DNA of 64,000 nt, taken from a virus. The stretch covers positions 1 through 64,000 of the IMG/VR virus record IMGVR_UViG_3300043772_001024; one strand, 5' to 3'. Each line of letters begins with the position of its first letter. Within the stretch, counting starts at the first letter, position 1. A model generated the notes under the pieces. The model was not told the DNA's origin. It ran no database searches and saw only the letters and a program-made list of their open reading frames with translations. Position numbers and translations under genes: made by a program. Below are positions 46,997 through 57,600 of the stretch, one piece after another.

Positions 46997-49654
46997 TTAC
47001 ATTAAAAATGGCCATAACATGTCAGCATATATATAACCTCCTTTCTTATATGCAGCACCACCATATCTACTAATGTTCATTTTTCTTTCAAGATCCATTG
47101 CCTTTAAAACATCTGAGTTATCAGTAATACCCATATTTTTAAATCTAGCCATTTTAGTTGCAAAATCTTCTGCAGGTTTTTCTGGAGTGATCGCTTTATT
47201 GTTTGTATTAACATAATACTCATCACCAGTAACAGGATCAATATTCCACTTCATACCTTGAGCTTGATTTACAGCAGCAAGTGTTCTTGCATTACCTTTC
47301 ATTTTAGCAAACTTATCTCCTACATTAGCCCAGTAATTATTATAGTCTTGAGCTTTATTACTTTGCCAAGTTGCATTTCTTTGATTGTAAACATCAGATG
47401 CATCTTTATCCATCAGTAATTGGTTGTACTGATGTTGAGTATTAGCTTTATTAAGTGCTGTTGCTCTATCTGCATTCTGCGCATTTACTTGAGAAGCTAA
47501 GTTAATTATATCACCTTGAGATCCTCTTTGTGCCGCAAACATAGCAGCAATAGCTCCACCAGGATTATTAGCAGCAGTTTTTTGAATAGCATTTATTGTA
47601 CCTTGTGTCATACCTTTTGCTAATTCAGCTTGAGCTATATAATCAGCTCTTTGTGCTTGTTCTCTTACAGCTGGTGCTTTACCATGTATAGTAGGAACAT
47701 TAACATTTCTTTGAGCCATTGCAATACCAAGATTTAATTTATCTTCTGGAAGATATTGTAAACTTTGAGGTAGGTTTTGTTGAATTGGTTGCATTTGTTC
47801 CATTTCATATCCTTCACAAGGAGGACACGTACCATCAGCATTTTTAGGGAACACTGCTTCGTCACCTGTCATAGGATCAGTACATACACACTCTTCTTCT
47901 TCAGTACCTGTTGTTGTTGTAGTTATTGGTTCTTGAGGTATTATGTGTTCTGCTTCTTCAAATGATGTATTTACTTTATTTATACAATCTTTATAAGTTT
48001 GACCTTCTGGAGAACTGTATATAATTTCTAATGCTTTTGCTTTAGATTCTTCCCAATTTGGATCTCCTGGTCTTGCACCCTTTAACCATTTTGGAAAAGC
48101 TTCAACTAACATTTGGTCTATATTTCCTGATTTAGTAATTTTATCACATAAGCCACCAGCTACACCTTTAGGATCTGCTTTACCACTTCCAGCACCTTTA
48201 TAATATTTTACATCTTCTCCCTTTCTTCTTCTGTATTGACCTTCATATCCACTTGATGATTTACCTTTGGTCCAGTCAGTACCGGATGAAAATGTGCCAA
48301 CTTTTTTTGACTTTATTCCTCCAACAGTTTCACCATTATCAGCTTTACGTAAAGGAACACCACCATAAGCCATCTGATTAGGATTGTTATAGAATGGCAT
48401 TCCATAACCACCCATAGACATACCATACATAGCCATAGGAGCTTGTTGCATTTGTTGTTGTGGCATTTGTTGTGCCATAGCCATCATCTGTTCAGGAGAA
48501 GGTTGTCCTTGTGGAGGAGCTTGCATTCCTGGTTGAGCTCCTTGTTGTTGCTGAGCCATCATCTGCCTTTGTTGTGCAGCTTGTTGTTGCAAGTTATTAA
48601 GAGCATCTGTAACCATTTCTTTTGCCTTCATTTCCGGAATAGCAAGATTACCAAGAACTGTAATTATATCTTCAGGAGTTATTCTGCTTTGCAATAAGTT
48701 TAGAAGAATCTCATCCATTTCTTTTCCTTGATCAACTGCACTTTTTACATCTGCTGTAATTTTATTTAATGCAACTTCTAAACCTTTATCAGCATGTCTC
48801 AACATTCCACCATGTCTCATACCTGGTTGCATTGGAGGTTGTTCCATTCCTTGTTCTTCAGGCATAGCTACAGGAGAACCGTCAGGCATTGTTGGAGGCT
48901 CATTAGCTTCAATAGCTTGTTGAGGTGCTCCTTCTGCCATTGCTTGACCCATATCAATTGCCTGACCTGCTTGTGCTGGTGATTCTTGTTCTGGTTGATC
49001 CGGTAGTATGTCTTGTTCAGAGATACCATTAGCTTCCATATATTGTTTAGCCACAGATGGAATTCCTTGTGGAAAACCTTTCTTAGCTTCTTGAGCTAAA
49101 GCTAATGCACCTAGTTTAATGATCATTTTCTTTATCATTAACTCTGCAGTTTTTATTTGCACTTTATCTGAACTAGGATCTTGCATTGTTGCTCTATACT
49201 TATTTAATGCAATAAACTGTTTAGATAAATCTGCCGGGGTATATCCTCCTTTCTTAGCTGCTTTATTAAACATCTTAAGAATAGCAGGATCTTTGATCAT
49301 CATCTCCTTAGTATCACTAAAGATAAAACTATCATCCGGAAGATTTAATGGTACACCATTAGCACTATGTCTAGGTCCTTTAATTTCATAAAACAAAGGA
49401 TATCCAGAAGGATCAAATGTTAATACAGTTTCTCCACCTTCAGCTTCTAGGTTAGCTTCCTCTCTAGGTACTTTTGTTATTGTAGTTCTAGATACTGCTT
49501 TAGGTTCTGTAAGTTTTAAGTTACCACCACCAAATGCTGAAAGATCATTTGCTAATGATCCTTCTACCTGATATCCAGTCTTAGCTTTTGGAGGCTGAGT
49601 TATTTTTACTTTAAATAATTCAGGAGCTTCTGCTATTTTAACTCTGTATCTCAT
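46997..49654 (-). CDS. Putative virion cargo protein (885 aa), Q/M/P-rich, with xxxGG motifs
   Basis: EAEGGE...GPRHSANGV...FIFSD domain; low-complexity centre; lies between the tail and RNAP genes. Confidence 0.75.
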   Translation of the reverse strand: MRYRVKIAEAPELFKVKITQPPKAKTGYQVEGSLANDLSAFGGGNLKLTEPKAVSRTTITKVPREEANLEAEGGETVLTFDPSGYPLFYEIKGPRHSANGVPLNLPDDSFIFSDTKEMMIKDPAILKMFNKAAKKGGYTPADLSKQFIALNKYRATMQDPSSDKVQIKTAELMIKKMIIKLGALALAQEAKKGFPQGIPSVAKQYMEANGISEQDILPDQPEQESPAQAGQAIDMGQAMAEGAPQQAIEANEPPTMPDGSPVAMPEEQGMEQPPMQPGMRHGGMLRHADKGLEVALNKITADVKSAVDQGKEMDEILLNLLQSRITPEDIITVLGNLAIPEMKAKEMVTDALNNLQQQAAQQRQMMAQQQQGAQPGMQAPPQGQPSPEQMMAMAQQMPQQQMQQAPMAMYGMSMGGYGMPFYNNPNQMAYGGVPLRKADNGETVGGIKSKKVGTFSSGTDWTKGKSSSGYEGQYRRRKGEDVKYYKGAGSGKADPKGVAGGLCDKITKSGNIDQMLVEAFPKWLKGARPGDPNWEESKAKALEIIYSSPEGQTYKDCINKVNTSFEEAEHIIPQEPITTTTTGTEEEECVCTDPMTGDEAVFPKNADGTCPPCEGYEMEQMQPIQQNLPQSLQYLPEDKLNLGIAMAQRNVNVPTIHGKAPAVREQAQRADYIAQAELAKGMTQGTINAIQKTAANNPGGAIAAMFAAQRGSQGDIINLASQVNAQNADRATALNKANTQHQYNQLLMDKDASDVYNQRNATWQSNKAQDYNNYWANVGDKFAKMKGNARTLAAVNQAQGMKWNIDPVTGDEYYVNTNNKAITPEKPAEDFATKMARFKNMGITDNSDVLKAMDLERKMNISRYGGAAYKKGGYIYADMLWPFLM

Positions 49655-49659
49655 GTTGA

Positions 49660-52600
49660 TTATTTTATATATTCTACTTTACCTCCGGCAGCTTCAATAG
49701 CTTTTATTTGATCCATAGTTAAACTATAAACTTTACCTTTAGCATATTGTGAATTCATTTGTCCACCTTTCTTACCATACAGACCACCTTCATAACCTTG
49801 TTTACCAGGAGTGCTTCCATATTGAGTTTCATTACCACTTGCCATCAAGTCTGAACCTTTTCTTTCTGCAGAACCAAAACCTGATTGACCTGTATTAGCA
49901 GTAGCAGCATCAGATGTTCTTGATCTTTGTGCAGCTAAATCCATTTTTCTACCCTCATCTCTAGCATTTAAAAATCCAGTAGTCAGTCCTGTTAAACTTG
50001 TTGGACCACTAAATAAATCTGTAGCAAGTTGTCCTGGATTAAATGTATAAGCAGATTGTTCTACTGTTCTACCTATAAGATTAGGATCATTAAACTCTGC
50101 TTTATCTACAGTGATACCAGGTTTAGCTTTTGGTAAATATCCACCGTAAGCCATGTATTCAGGTACATAACCACCATAAGCCATATAACCACCATAAGCC
50201 ATTGGTAATTCATCTAAACCATCTTCTCCAGTATAAGCTGGATTAGATCCGCTTGATGGAGGTGGTACTCCAGGATTATAATCTTGTGGAGTTGGAACAA
50301 ACTTTGGATCAGCCATAGGGTTGTCTTCACCAGGTGCAGAATATGAAGGACTAGATGCTGCTGGTCTACCCATATTAGTATTTCCAGTTACACCTGTACT
50401 TGCAGTACCAAATGCATTACCTCCAAAAGGATTTGAAGAAACATTAGATTGTCCAGACATTGAAAAATTATTTGGACTTTCTGCATATTTTAAATTACCT
50501 GATGGTTGAACACCTGTGCTAGCAGATCCAAATTGATTTCCACCAAATGCATCTCCAGTAAATGGATTACTTGATGATACAGCAGATTCACCTTGAGATT
50601 GCATTGTTTCAGGAGCAGTTCCAGATAATTTACTAGGAATTTGAGAAGCACCTCTTGTAGGCATACTGCTTGGAGGAGTAATAGATTCAGCATCTGCATT
50701 TACAAGTCTACCTTTACTATCAATACCCATTGGGTTTCCTTCAACATCCACATTAGTCATCAGCATTTCATTTTTGCCAAGCTTCATTCCTTTTGCAGTT
50801 CTTGTATCTGTTGTTTCTTCATCATCTTCTCCACCAGTAGTTGTTGTTCCTGCATTAATATTAGTACCAGAACCTTGTTTGTTTATCAAATCATCTGCAG
50901 CCCCATCTTCAGGATCAGCATACCATTCTCTTACTCTTTTAGTATCAAATGGGTTATACCACTTACCTCTATCTTTGTATGCTACTTCTCTAATCTTTTT
51001 AGTTCCTTCAGGTACTTGCCAATTAACCGGAGAAAAAGCATTGCTATAATTAAAATCTCTTGTAAGTCCAAAACCTAATCTTTGAGGTCTACCTACTGAG
51101 AATTGACCTTGACCCATTCCTTGTTGTCCCTGCATCATTTGCATCATTTGCATATATTGAGCCATTTGGTTTTGATTACCCATAGAACCATAATTATCTC
51201 TATTTTGATTAAATGTAATTTGATCACCTACTTTATATCCACCACTTTGAGGACCTTGATTTTTTGTAAGATCAAAGTTTCTACCACTTGTTGTTCCTGT
51301 ATTAGGTTGACCAGTTGGTTGGAATCTATTACCTACAGTACCAGAAGGTTGCATACCTGTAGTAGCTTTACCAAATGCATTACCAGCAAATGGGTTTACA
51401 TCTACTGGATTTTTACTACCCATTTGATCTATTCTGTTTTTGGTAGCATTCATTTGTTTTTGAAAGTTGGTAATATAACCATCATATGCTTTATGTAAAA
51501 CATCTCCACCATATGCATACTCATCACCTCCATAGATAAACTTCTGAAGATTACCATATTCATCAGGTTCTACACCAGATATTGGACCTCCCATTTGGTA
51601 GTAGTCATAATATTTTGTTGCTAGTGGGTTTAAAGACAGTCTTCTTTTTCTTTCATTTATTTCTTTTTCTGTTGTTTCTGCAGCTGTGTCTTTGATAAAG
51701 CTACCATCTGGCTTAACAATATCATAACCATTAGCTTTATTAATTTCTTTATACTTTTTTGCTCTAACATCTTTTGGTATACGTGCTAGATAATTAAATT
51801 TCTGGTCAAAAGCTTCTTGATTAGCCTCCTCTGCTTTAGTACGTTTATCAGACCAAGGAGAAAATTCTGAACTTACCGCAGACCAACCCATATGAGAATC
51901 AGAGTCACCCAGTTGACTACTTTGTGTACCATCTGGATTTGTAACTATATAACTTTCATCAAGGCCATATTTGCTAGGATCAGCATTATATTCTTTTTGA
52001 CTTACTGGATTACTCCAAACTAATGATTCATCTACATTAGTATTGTCATCATCATATTGACCAGACCATACTAAACCTCTTTGATCAACATCATTTCCTT
52101 TTGGATTTTTAATTACTTCTCCTGTTGCAGGATCTATCATATAACCATACTGAGAAGGATCTTTTGCTTGATTATAAAGAGAGTCTGTAAACTTATCAGA
52201 ATCAGCTTTTTGTTTAGATAATTTTGCAAAATCACCTGCCCAGTCTTGACCATAATCTATAAGACCAGGTATATTAGTTTGTTGACTTTGTAAAGGTGCA
52301 CCCCCTACAGATTGAGCTTGTGTAGATTGAGAAGCTGCAGTAGAACTTGCACTAGATGAAGGTCCTGTAGCTTTCATAGTCTTTTTACCATTCAGCATTC
52401 TTGCATTTGGATTCTCAAAAGGATTACCCAATAGCTCTTCCGGATCTGGTAGATCAACTATAGATCTTACTCTGTTACCATCTTGATCTGCACAGTATCC
52501 TAAGTTAGGGTCATATACAGATCCTGGAGGACATTTAATCTCATTCTTTTTACTTGACTTATTATTTTGTGCAGCAGTGGAATTTGGATTTTGTTTTGCT

Positions 52601-53688
52601 ACTTCATCTAAAGCAGCATTGTTTATAGTGCTGATAGTTTTCTTTCTTACTTGTGCTGGGTAGCTTACTTTTTTATAAGACATCATACCTGGCCCCATCA
52701 TACCAGGAAACATTCCAGGCATCATATTCATTGCACCAGGAAGCATTTTAGCTAAATCTCCAATAGCATCTAAATCCCATGTAGCTTCAGCTTTTCTTAA
52801 ACCACCTAATGGTCCAAACTCATAATTAACATTTGCACCAGGTATTGCTGTTGGTGTTCCAAATAAAGCTCTGTTAGCTCTTGCAATTTTTCTATTTCTT
52901 CCACCAAATAGAAACTTACCATTAAAATTATCTCCCATTGTAGATTCTTGATATTGTTGATATTCATTTTCTGCTGTTTCTTTCATCTTAGCTTCATTAG
53001 CAGTTTGCTTAATTATGGCAGCTAAGTTTTTTTCAGGAGGTGTAAATCCAGAAGGACTATCTATTGTTCCTCTTGGAGATATGTTAGTTTCATTGTTTTT
53101 TACTTCTTCCCCTTGAGCAGCTTTTCTTAATTCTTTAATTCTCTTTTTTACATAAGCACCTTTGGTTAAACCACCAAACTTATAAGCATTGTCATAAGGC
53201 TCTGCATCCATTCCGATATAATATGGTTGCTTAGGTTTAGGTACTATACTGCCTGGGGCAAACTGTCCACCTTCTGCATATTGACCACCATATCTTGCCA
53301 TATCTTCATCATCATCTTCATCCGCACCTTCATTAACAACGGCAAGTCCTTGATTGTCACCTCCATAGTAATCATAAATAGCAGCATTATCAGGCTCCTC
53401 TTCTTCTATTACTTCTGTTGTTTCTTCTTGTACTGGTGTATCATATGGAGCAGATGCTTCATCCTCATCATACTCATCATCTCCTAGAAGATCATATTGT
53501 TTGTAAACCTTATCTCTTGCTTGATCTCTTGATAAACCAAACTCAGCCATCTCATAGATAATAATTTCAGGATCTTTACCTTCTGCAATCTTTTTATTTA
53601 TTTCTTTATCTATGTTAACAGCCATACCATCCTTGGCTTTTACCAGCTTACCTTTCCCATCCGGAGCTTTATATAATCTAACTTTCAT
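49660..53688 (-). CDS. Putative virion cargo protein (1342 aa), largely low-complexity
   Basis: Many MAYGG/YxxGG/KAxxG motifs and NPFxGxAFG repeats. Confidence 0.75.
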   Translation of the reverse strand: MKVRLYKAPDGKGKLVKAKDGMAVNIDKEINKKIAEGKDPEIIIYEMAEFGLSRDQARDKVYKQYDLLGDDEYDEDEASAPYDTPVQEETTEVIEEEEPDNAAIYDYYGGDNQGLAVVNEGADEDDDEDMARYGGQYAEGGQFAPGSIVPKPKQPYYIGMDAEPYDNAYKFGGLTKGAYVKKRIKELRKAAQGEEVKNNETNISPRGTIDSPSGFTPPEKNLAAIIKQTANEAKMKETAENEYQQYQESTMGDNFNGKFLFGGRNRKIARANRALFGTPTAIPGANVNYEFGPLGGLRKAEATWDLDAIGDLAKMLPGAMNMMPGMFPGMMGPGMMSYKKVSYPAQVRKKTISTINNAALDEVAKQNPNSTAAQNNKSSKKNEIKCPPGSVYDPNLGYCADQDGNRVRSIVDLPDPEELLGNPFENPNARMLNGKKTMKATGPSSSASSTAASQSTQAQSVGGAPLQSQQTNIPGLIDYGQDWAGDFAKLSKQKADSDKFTDSLYNQAKDPSQYGYMIDPATGEVIKNPKGNDVDQRGLVWSGQYDDDNTNVDESLVWSNPVSQKEYNADPSKYGLDESYIVTNPDGTQSSQLGDSDSHMGWSAVSSEFSPWSDKRTKAEEANQEAFDQKFNYLARIPKDVRAKKYKEINKANGYDIVKPDGSFIKDTAAETTEKEINERKRRLSLNPLATKYYDYYQMGGPISGVEPDEYGNLQKFIYGGDEYAYGGDVLHKAYDGYITNFQKQMNATKNRIDQMGSKNPVDVNPFAGNAFGKATTGMQPSGTVGNRFQPTGQPNTGTTSGRNFDLTKNQGPQSGGYKVGDQITFNQNRDNYGSMGNQNQMAQYMQMMQMMQGQQGMGQGQFSVGRPQRLGFGLTRDFNYSNAFSPVNWQVPEGTKKIREVAYKDRGKWYNPFDTKRVREWYADPEDGAADDLINKQGSGTNINAGTTTTGGEDDEETTDTRTAKGMKLGKNEMLMTNVDVEGNPMGIDSKGRLVNADAESITPPSSMPTRGASQIPSKLSGTAPETMQSQGESAVSSSNPFTGDAFGGNQFGSASTGVQPSGNLKYAESPNNFSMSGQSNVSSNPFGGNAFGTASTGVTGNTNMGRPAASSPSYSAPGEDNPMADPKFVPTPQDYNPGVPPPSSGSNPAYTGEDGLDELPMAYGGYMAYGGYVPEYMAYGGYLPKAKPGITVDKAEFNDPNLIGRTVEQSAYTFNPGQLATDLFSGPTSLTGLTTGFLNARDEGRKMDLAAQRSRTSDAATANTGQSGFGSAERKGSDLMASGNETQYGSTPGKQGYEGGLYGKKGGQMNSQYAKGKVYSLTMDQIKAIEAAGGKVEYIK
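50140..50202 (-). repeat. Tandem coding repeat, MAYGG x3
   Basis: Three near-identical copies of ccacc(a/g)taagccat on the + strand. Confidence 0.85.
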
Positions 53689-53705
53689 GTTATTCTTTAT
53701 AATTA

Positions 53706-53748
53706 AATATACTAAATTTTAATTTAACTGATAAACTTTTTAAGTTTA
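53706..53748 (-). promoter_or_regulatory. Palindromic element copy 2 plus TTTAGTATATT box (candidate late promoter)
   Basis: TAAACTTAAAAAGTTTAT (53731-53748) and TTTAGTATATT (53706-53716) upstream of the 1342-aa gene. Confidence 0.55.
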
Positions 53749-54692
53749 CTTACTGGTTCTACTATGTATCCTTGGTCTATATATTTCTGTATTTCTTTTT
53801 CTGGTATATCTATTTCTATATAGTCATTAGTTGATCCACCCTTTCTTTTTTGATTTAGGTTATCACTATCAATATCTTCACCTGTATCACCAATATTTAT
53901 AACTTGTTGCCAAGGAATAGTTTTATATAAAGTTTTAATTGAACTAGGATCTAAATATTTAAGTTTACCAAACTTACCTAATGCTGGTACTGCACCAAAC
54001 ATATCAGCAGCTTGTCTCCATGTAGGTAAATCCATTCCACTTTCTTGCCAATCAGAGTATGCATTTTTTGCATCTCCCCAAGAAAGATATCCAGTTGGAT
54101 CAAAAAATTCTGCTACATTTTCTCCAAAAGATTCTGGCATATGTCCAGTTTTAGTTCCTGTAATTGTTACTTCAGGAAAAGTTTTTTGTAAAACTGTATC
54201 TTTATTTCTTTTTTGTTTGATCTCTTTGTTTAATAAAGCCTTATTACTAAAAGAATTATTTACAGGTTGTTTAGATCCTTTTCTAGTTAATGAGGGTACT
54301 GGTTTTTTGCTTTGATTACCTTGTCTCATTCTAGACATTAAACCTTGCATAAAAGGATCTTCAACACACTTTTTACCATTCCACTTATATCCTGGAAGAC
54401 AGTCTGTTGAACCCCCATCTATAAATCTATTTAATGTGGGTATAGAAGGATCACTTACTTCTTCTACTATATAACCACCATCAATATACTTTTGTACATC
54501 TTCTTCAGATAAATCTAATTTAATATAGTCTTTTTCACCACCATCTTCATATTTAAATTTAGCTGTAGGATTGTAAACTCCCGGAGCCCTTTTCTTTTTT
54601 CTTTTTTTAAATAACTTGTTTTTTACAAATAGTCTGTTGGTAGCAAATATGTTACTATTCTGCAATGGCCCACCTTTTTTAAAATCAGTCAT
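53724..54692 (-). CDS. Putative virion cargo protein (322 aa) with a duplicated module of about 27 aa
   Basis: DYIKLDLSEEDVQKYIDGGYIVEEVS and DYIEIDIPEKEIQKYIDQGYIVEPVS; xxxGG motifs. Confidence 0.75.
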   Translation of the reverse strand: MTDFKKGGPLQNSNIFATNRLFVKNKLFKKRKKKRAPGVYNPTAKFKYEDGGEKDYIKLDLSEEDVQKYIDGGYIVEEVSDPSIPTLNRFIDGGSTDCLPGYKWNGKKCVEDPFMQGLMSRMRQGNQSKKPVPSLTRKGSKQPVNNSFSNKALLNKEIKQKRNKDTVLQKTFPEVTITGTKTGHMPESFGENVAEFFDPTGYLSWGDAKNAYSDWQESGMDLPTWRQAADMFGAVPALGKFGKLKYLDPSSIKTLYKTIPWQQVINIGDTGEDIDSDNLNQKRKGGSTNDYIEIDIPEKEIQKYIDQGYIVEPVSKLKKFIS

Positions 54693-57600
54693 TATCTTAA
54701 AGAGTATTGGTTCTTACTATTAAATAATTTAAGGATCATGTTAGTATCCCTTGAGTCAGCTTTACTAAGATACATGAAGTTAACCATGTGTCTGAATTTT
54801 TTTCTTTGTAACAAAGATTTATTATAGTCTACAGCTTGAGGGTTAATAGCTTTTTTATAACCATTAGCTTCTGTAATCCACAACATGTTCTCTGGATAGT
54901 TTCCTAATAAAGTTGTAGTACCTGGAATAAGCTGTCCAGATGGTGGATAACCTGATCCATTAGGGAATTCTCCACGGTCTTTAGTAATATCCCAAAACTG
55001 GTTAACTCTGTATTTGTTCTCTTCTTTAGAAAACAAGATATCATATGAGTTATTGTTTATATTAAGTTGTGGATACAATAATGATAATGCTATATTATTC
55101 TTAGGGAATACATTAAGATTCAAGTATCCTGATATTTGTTCTGAGTTATGTATAACTAGTCTATCAAAGTTATAATCCAATATATGGAACTGATCACTGC
55201 AGAATCTTCTTTCTCTTCTATAACACTCAAGTACATACTCTATACTTTTTACTGTTGTAACAGATTGACCGGTAGTTATTGGGAACTCAATTTCAAAAGG
55301 ATACTGCACACCATAAAAATTACAGTAATCATTACAGTTAGCACCATGTTTATAAAACTTATTTGTCTGTGTAGTTATAAAACTATCTTTAGTAGGCATA
55401 ACAAGATCTGGATGCCAATCATGGAAGCTTATCCAAAACTGAGACTTAGGGTCATAACTTACTGTCCATGAGGCATCTTCAAATATTCTAGGATCTCCAA
55501 GTGCTAGTTTAATAGGTGTATTTGAAGGTTTACCATCTACATAAGGATAATAATTAAAATAACTTTCTTTACCTGAATTTATATTAATTACTCTTCCTGC
55601 TAATGGAAAACCATCAGGACCAATTTCTTTTAACTTATAATCTTTTTTACAAAAGTAAAGTACAGAGTTATAGTTATCATATACTGCTTGTGTTCCAACA
55701 CCTGCTACTGGATTATCCTGATATGGATAATCAGGAAAATCCTCAAGTAATTTACACGGCAAGAAATAATCAAACCACCATTTCATACCAGCTTGAGATA
55801 CTTCTTGAAGACCTTCACCATATGAGAATACTTTACCTTGATCTTGTGATATATAATATAGTCCCGCTGGAGTTGATATTACTGACAATCTTCCTTGAGA
55901 TGACCCATACATGTATGGTTTATCTGCTACTACAATATTTTGAGGTTCTCTTGCAAATACACCTCCGTCACCTATAATGACTTTTGTTCCTGATCCATCC
56001 ATCTCAAGTGTATCAACACCTTGGAATACTATTGGACTATCATTCTTAAATGTAACAAAGGCTCCAGTTTTAGCAAAGTTTTTAACTCCACTAATCTGAC
56101 TAACAAATTCTTTTCTGTTTAACGGTAAGAATATAAACCAATTATCAGTAGATGATGTTTGTGAAACAGGTAATGAATATGTAATAGTATTTGGATAATA
56201 AGTATAACATAACTCAGCAACCTCAGGATTATAGTACACACTCTGTAAAAATCCAAATGATGTATATCTGTTTGTAAGCCTTGTTATACTTAATGAATAA
56301 TCATATAGATAAAAGTTACCTTCTGTTGCAGTTATCTTATCCATTCTGAACATAGTCTCTAAGTCTGTATACCTATATGGGTTATAAGCCTTTTCATAAT
56401 CAAAGACACCAACTTCTCTAAAGTCATTTATTACATCAGACTCTACAAAAAAGTCTCTTACTCCAGATGCTGATAAATAGAAATATGCATTCTTAACATT
56501 TGTAAACCCGTCATATGAAACTGGTGGAATTATGCTCCAAGCTTTATCAGTTCCTCTATTATAACCTTTATGATCAAGATTAAAATAATCATTTGGTAAA
56601 AATCCGTCACCTGTTGTTCCATTATAAAAGTCATTTATCCATTGTGTCCAAGTTCCAGGGTTGGCTATATTAAGCTGGGATGCATCATACTTTTCACTAT
56701 TAGCCCAATACCTAGGTTCAGGAATCATCTGACTATTAAAGTAATTATACTCATAACCATTGGGTTCTGTATATAACCAATTATAGAAAAAGAACATTGG
56801 ATTCTTTTCTGTAAATCTTGTTATGTAAGTATCACCACCAAATATTACAGGAGTTTGGTTAATTGTTTTTAATGTAACAGATTTATTTGTAGGAGCTGGT
56901 AAATTATTAGTTGTATATGGTAATGTTGCATAATCAAACTTTTGCTCACATGGTGTTATTGGAAACTGAGTAATACTTTTTAACTGTCCATATTGGTCAT
57001 CATTGTCTATTTTCATAGCACTATAATGACTACCAATTCTTGTAGTAAATTCTATGCTCTTTTTCTTTTCAGTAAACTTTGGACCAGCTGCACCTAAAGC
57101 ATCATCAAACATACCAAGACTACCTAGTGATTGATCTAGCCCACTGGTACCTGTTATTAATAATTTAGGACCATCTGTAGTTGGAGTATTAGCTCTCTCA
57201 GTTCTCAACATTAATAACTGACTTCTCTTGTAGTTATTAATAGTGTATTTTTGAAATTGATTCATGGTAATAGTATCATCATAATCATCTATCTCAAATG
57301 AGATATTTTTAAATATATATGATGAGTCTGCAATTTTAAATCTCTTTGTATCATTTATATTAAATGGTTTAAATGCATCATATAAACCATGACCAATAAG
57401 TTGTAAAGCATATTGTCTATATGGTGCTAAGGCATATATTAAATCTGCTGCAGCATTAACACCTTCCATAAAGTATTGTGATATTTGAGTTACACCACCT
57501 AATGCACTAAACAACCCTTGTGTCCATGAAGGTAACATAGCATTTCCTGATAGCTCATTAGTATAACTATTTGTATTAAATATACCTCCTTCAAATAGTG

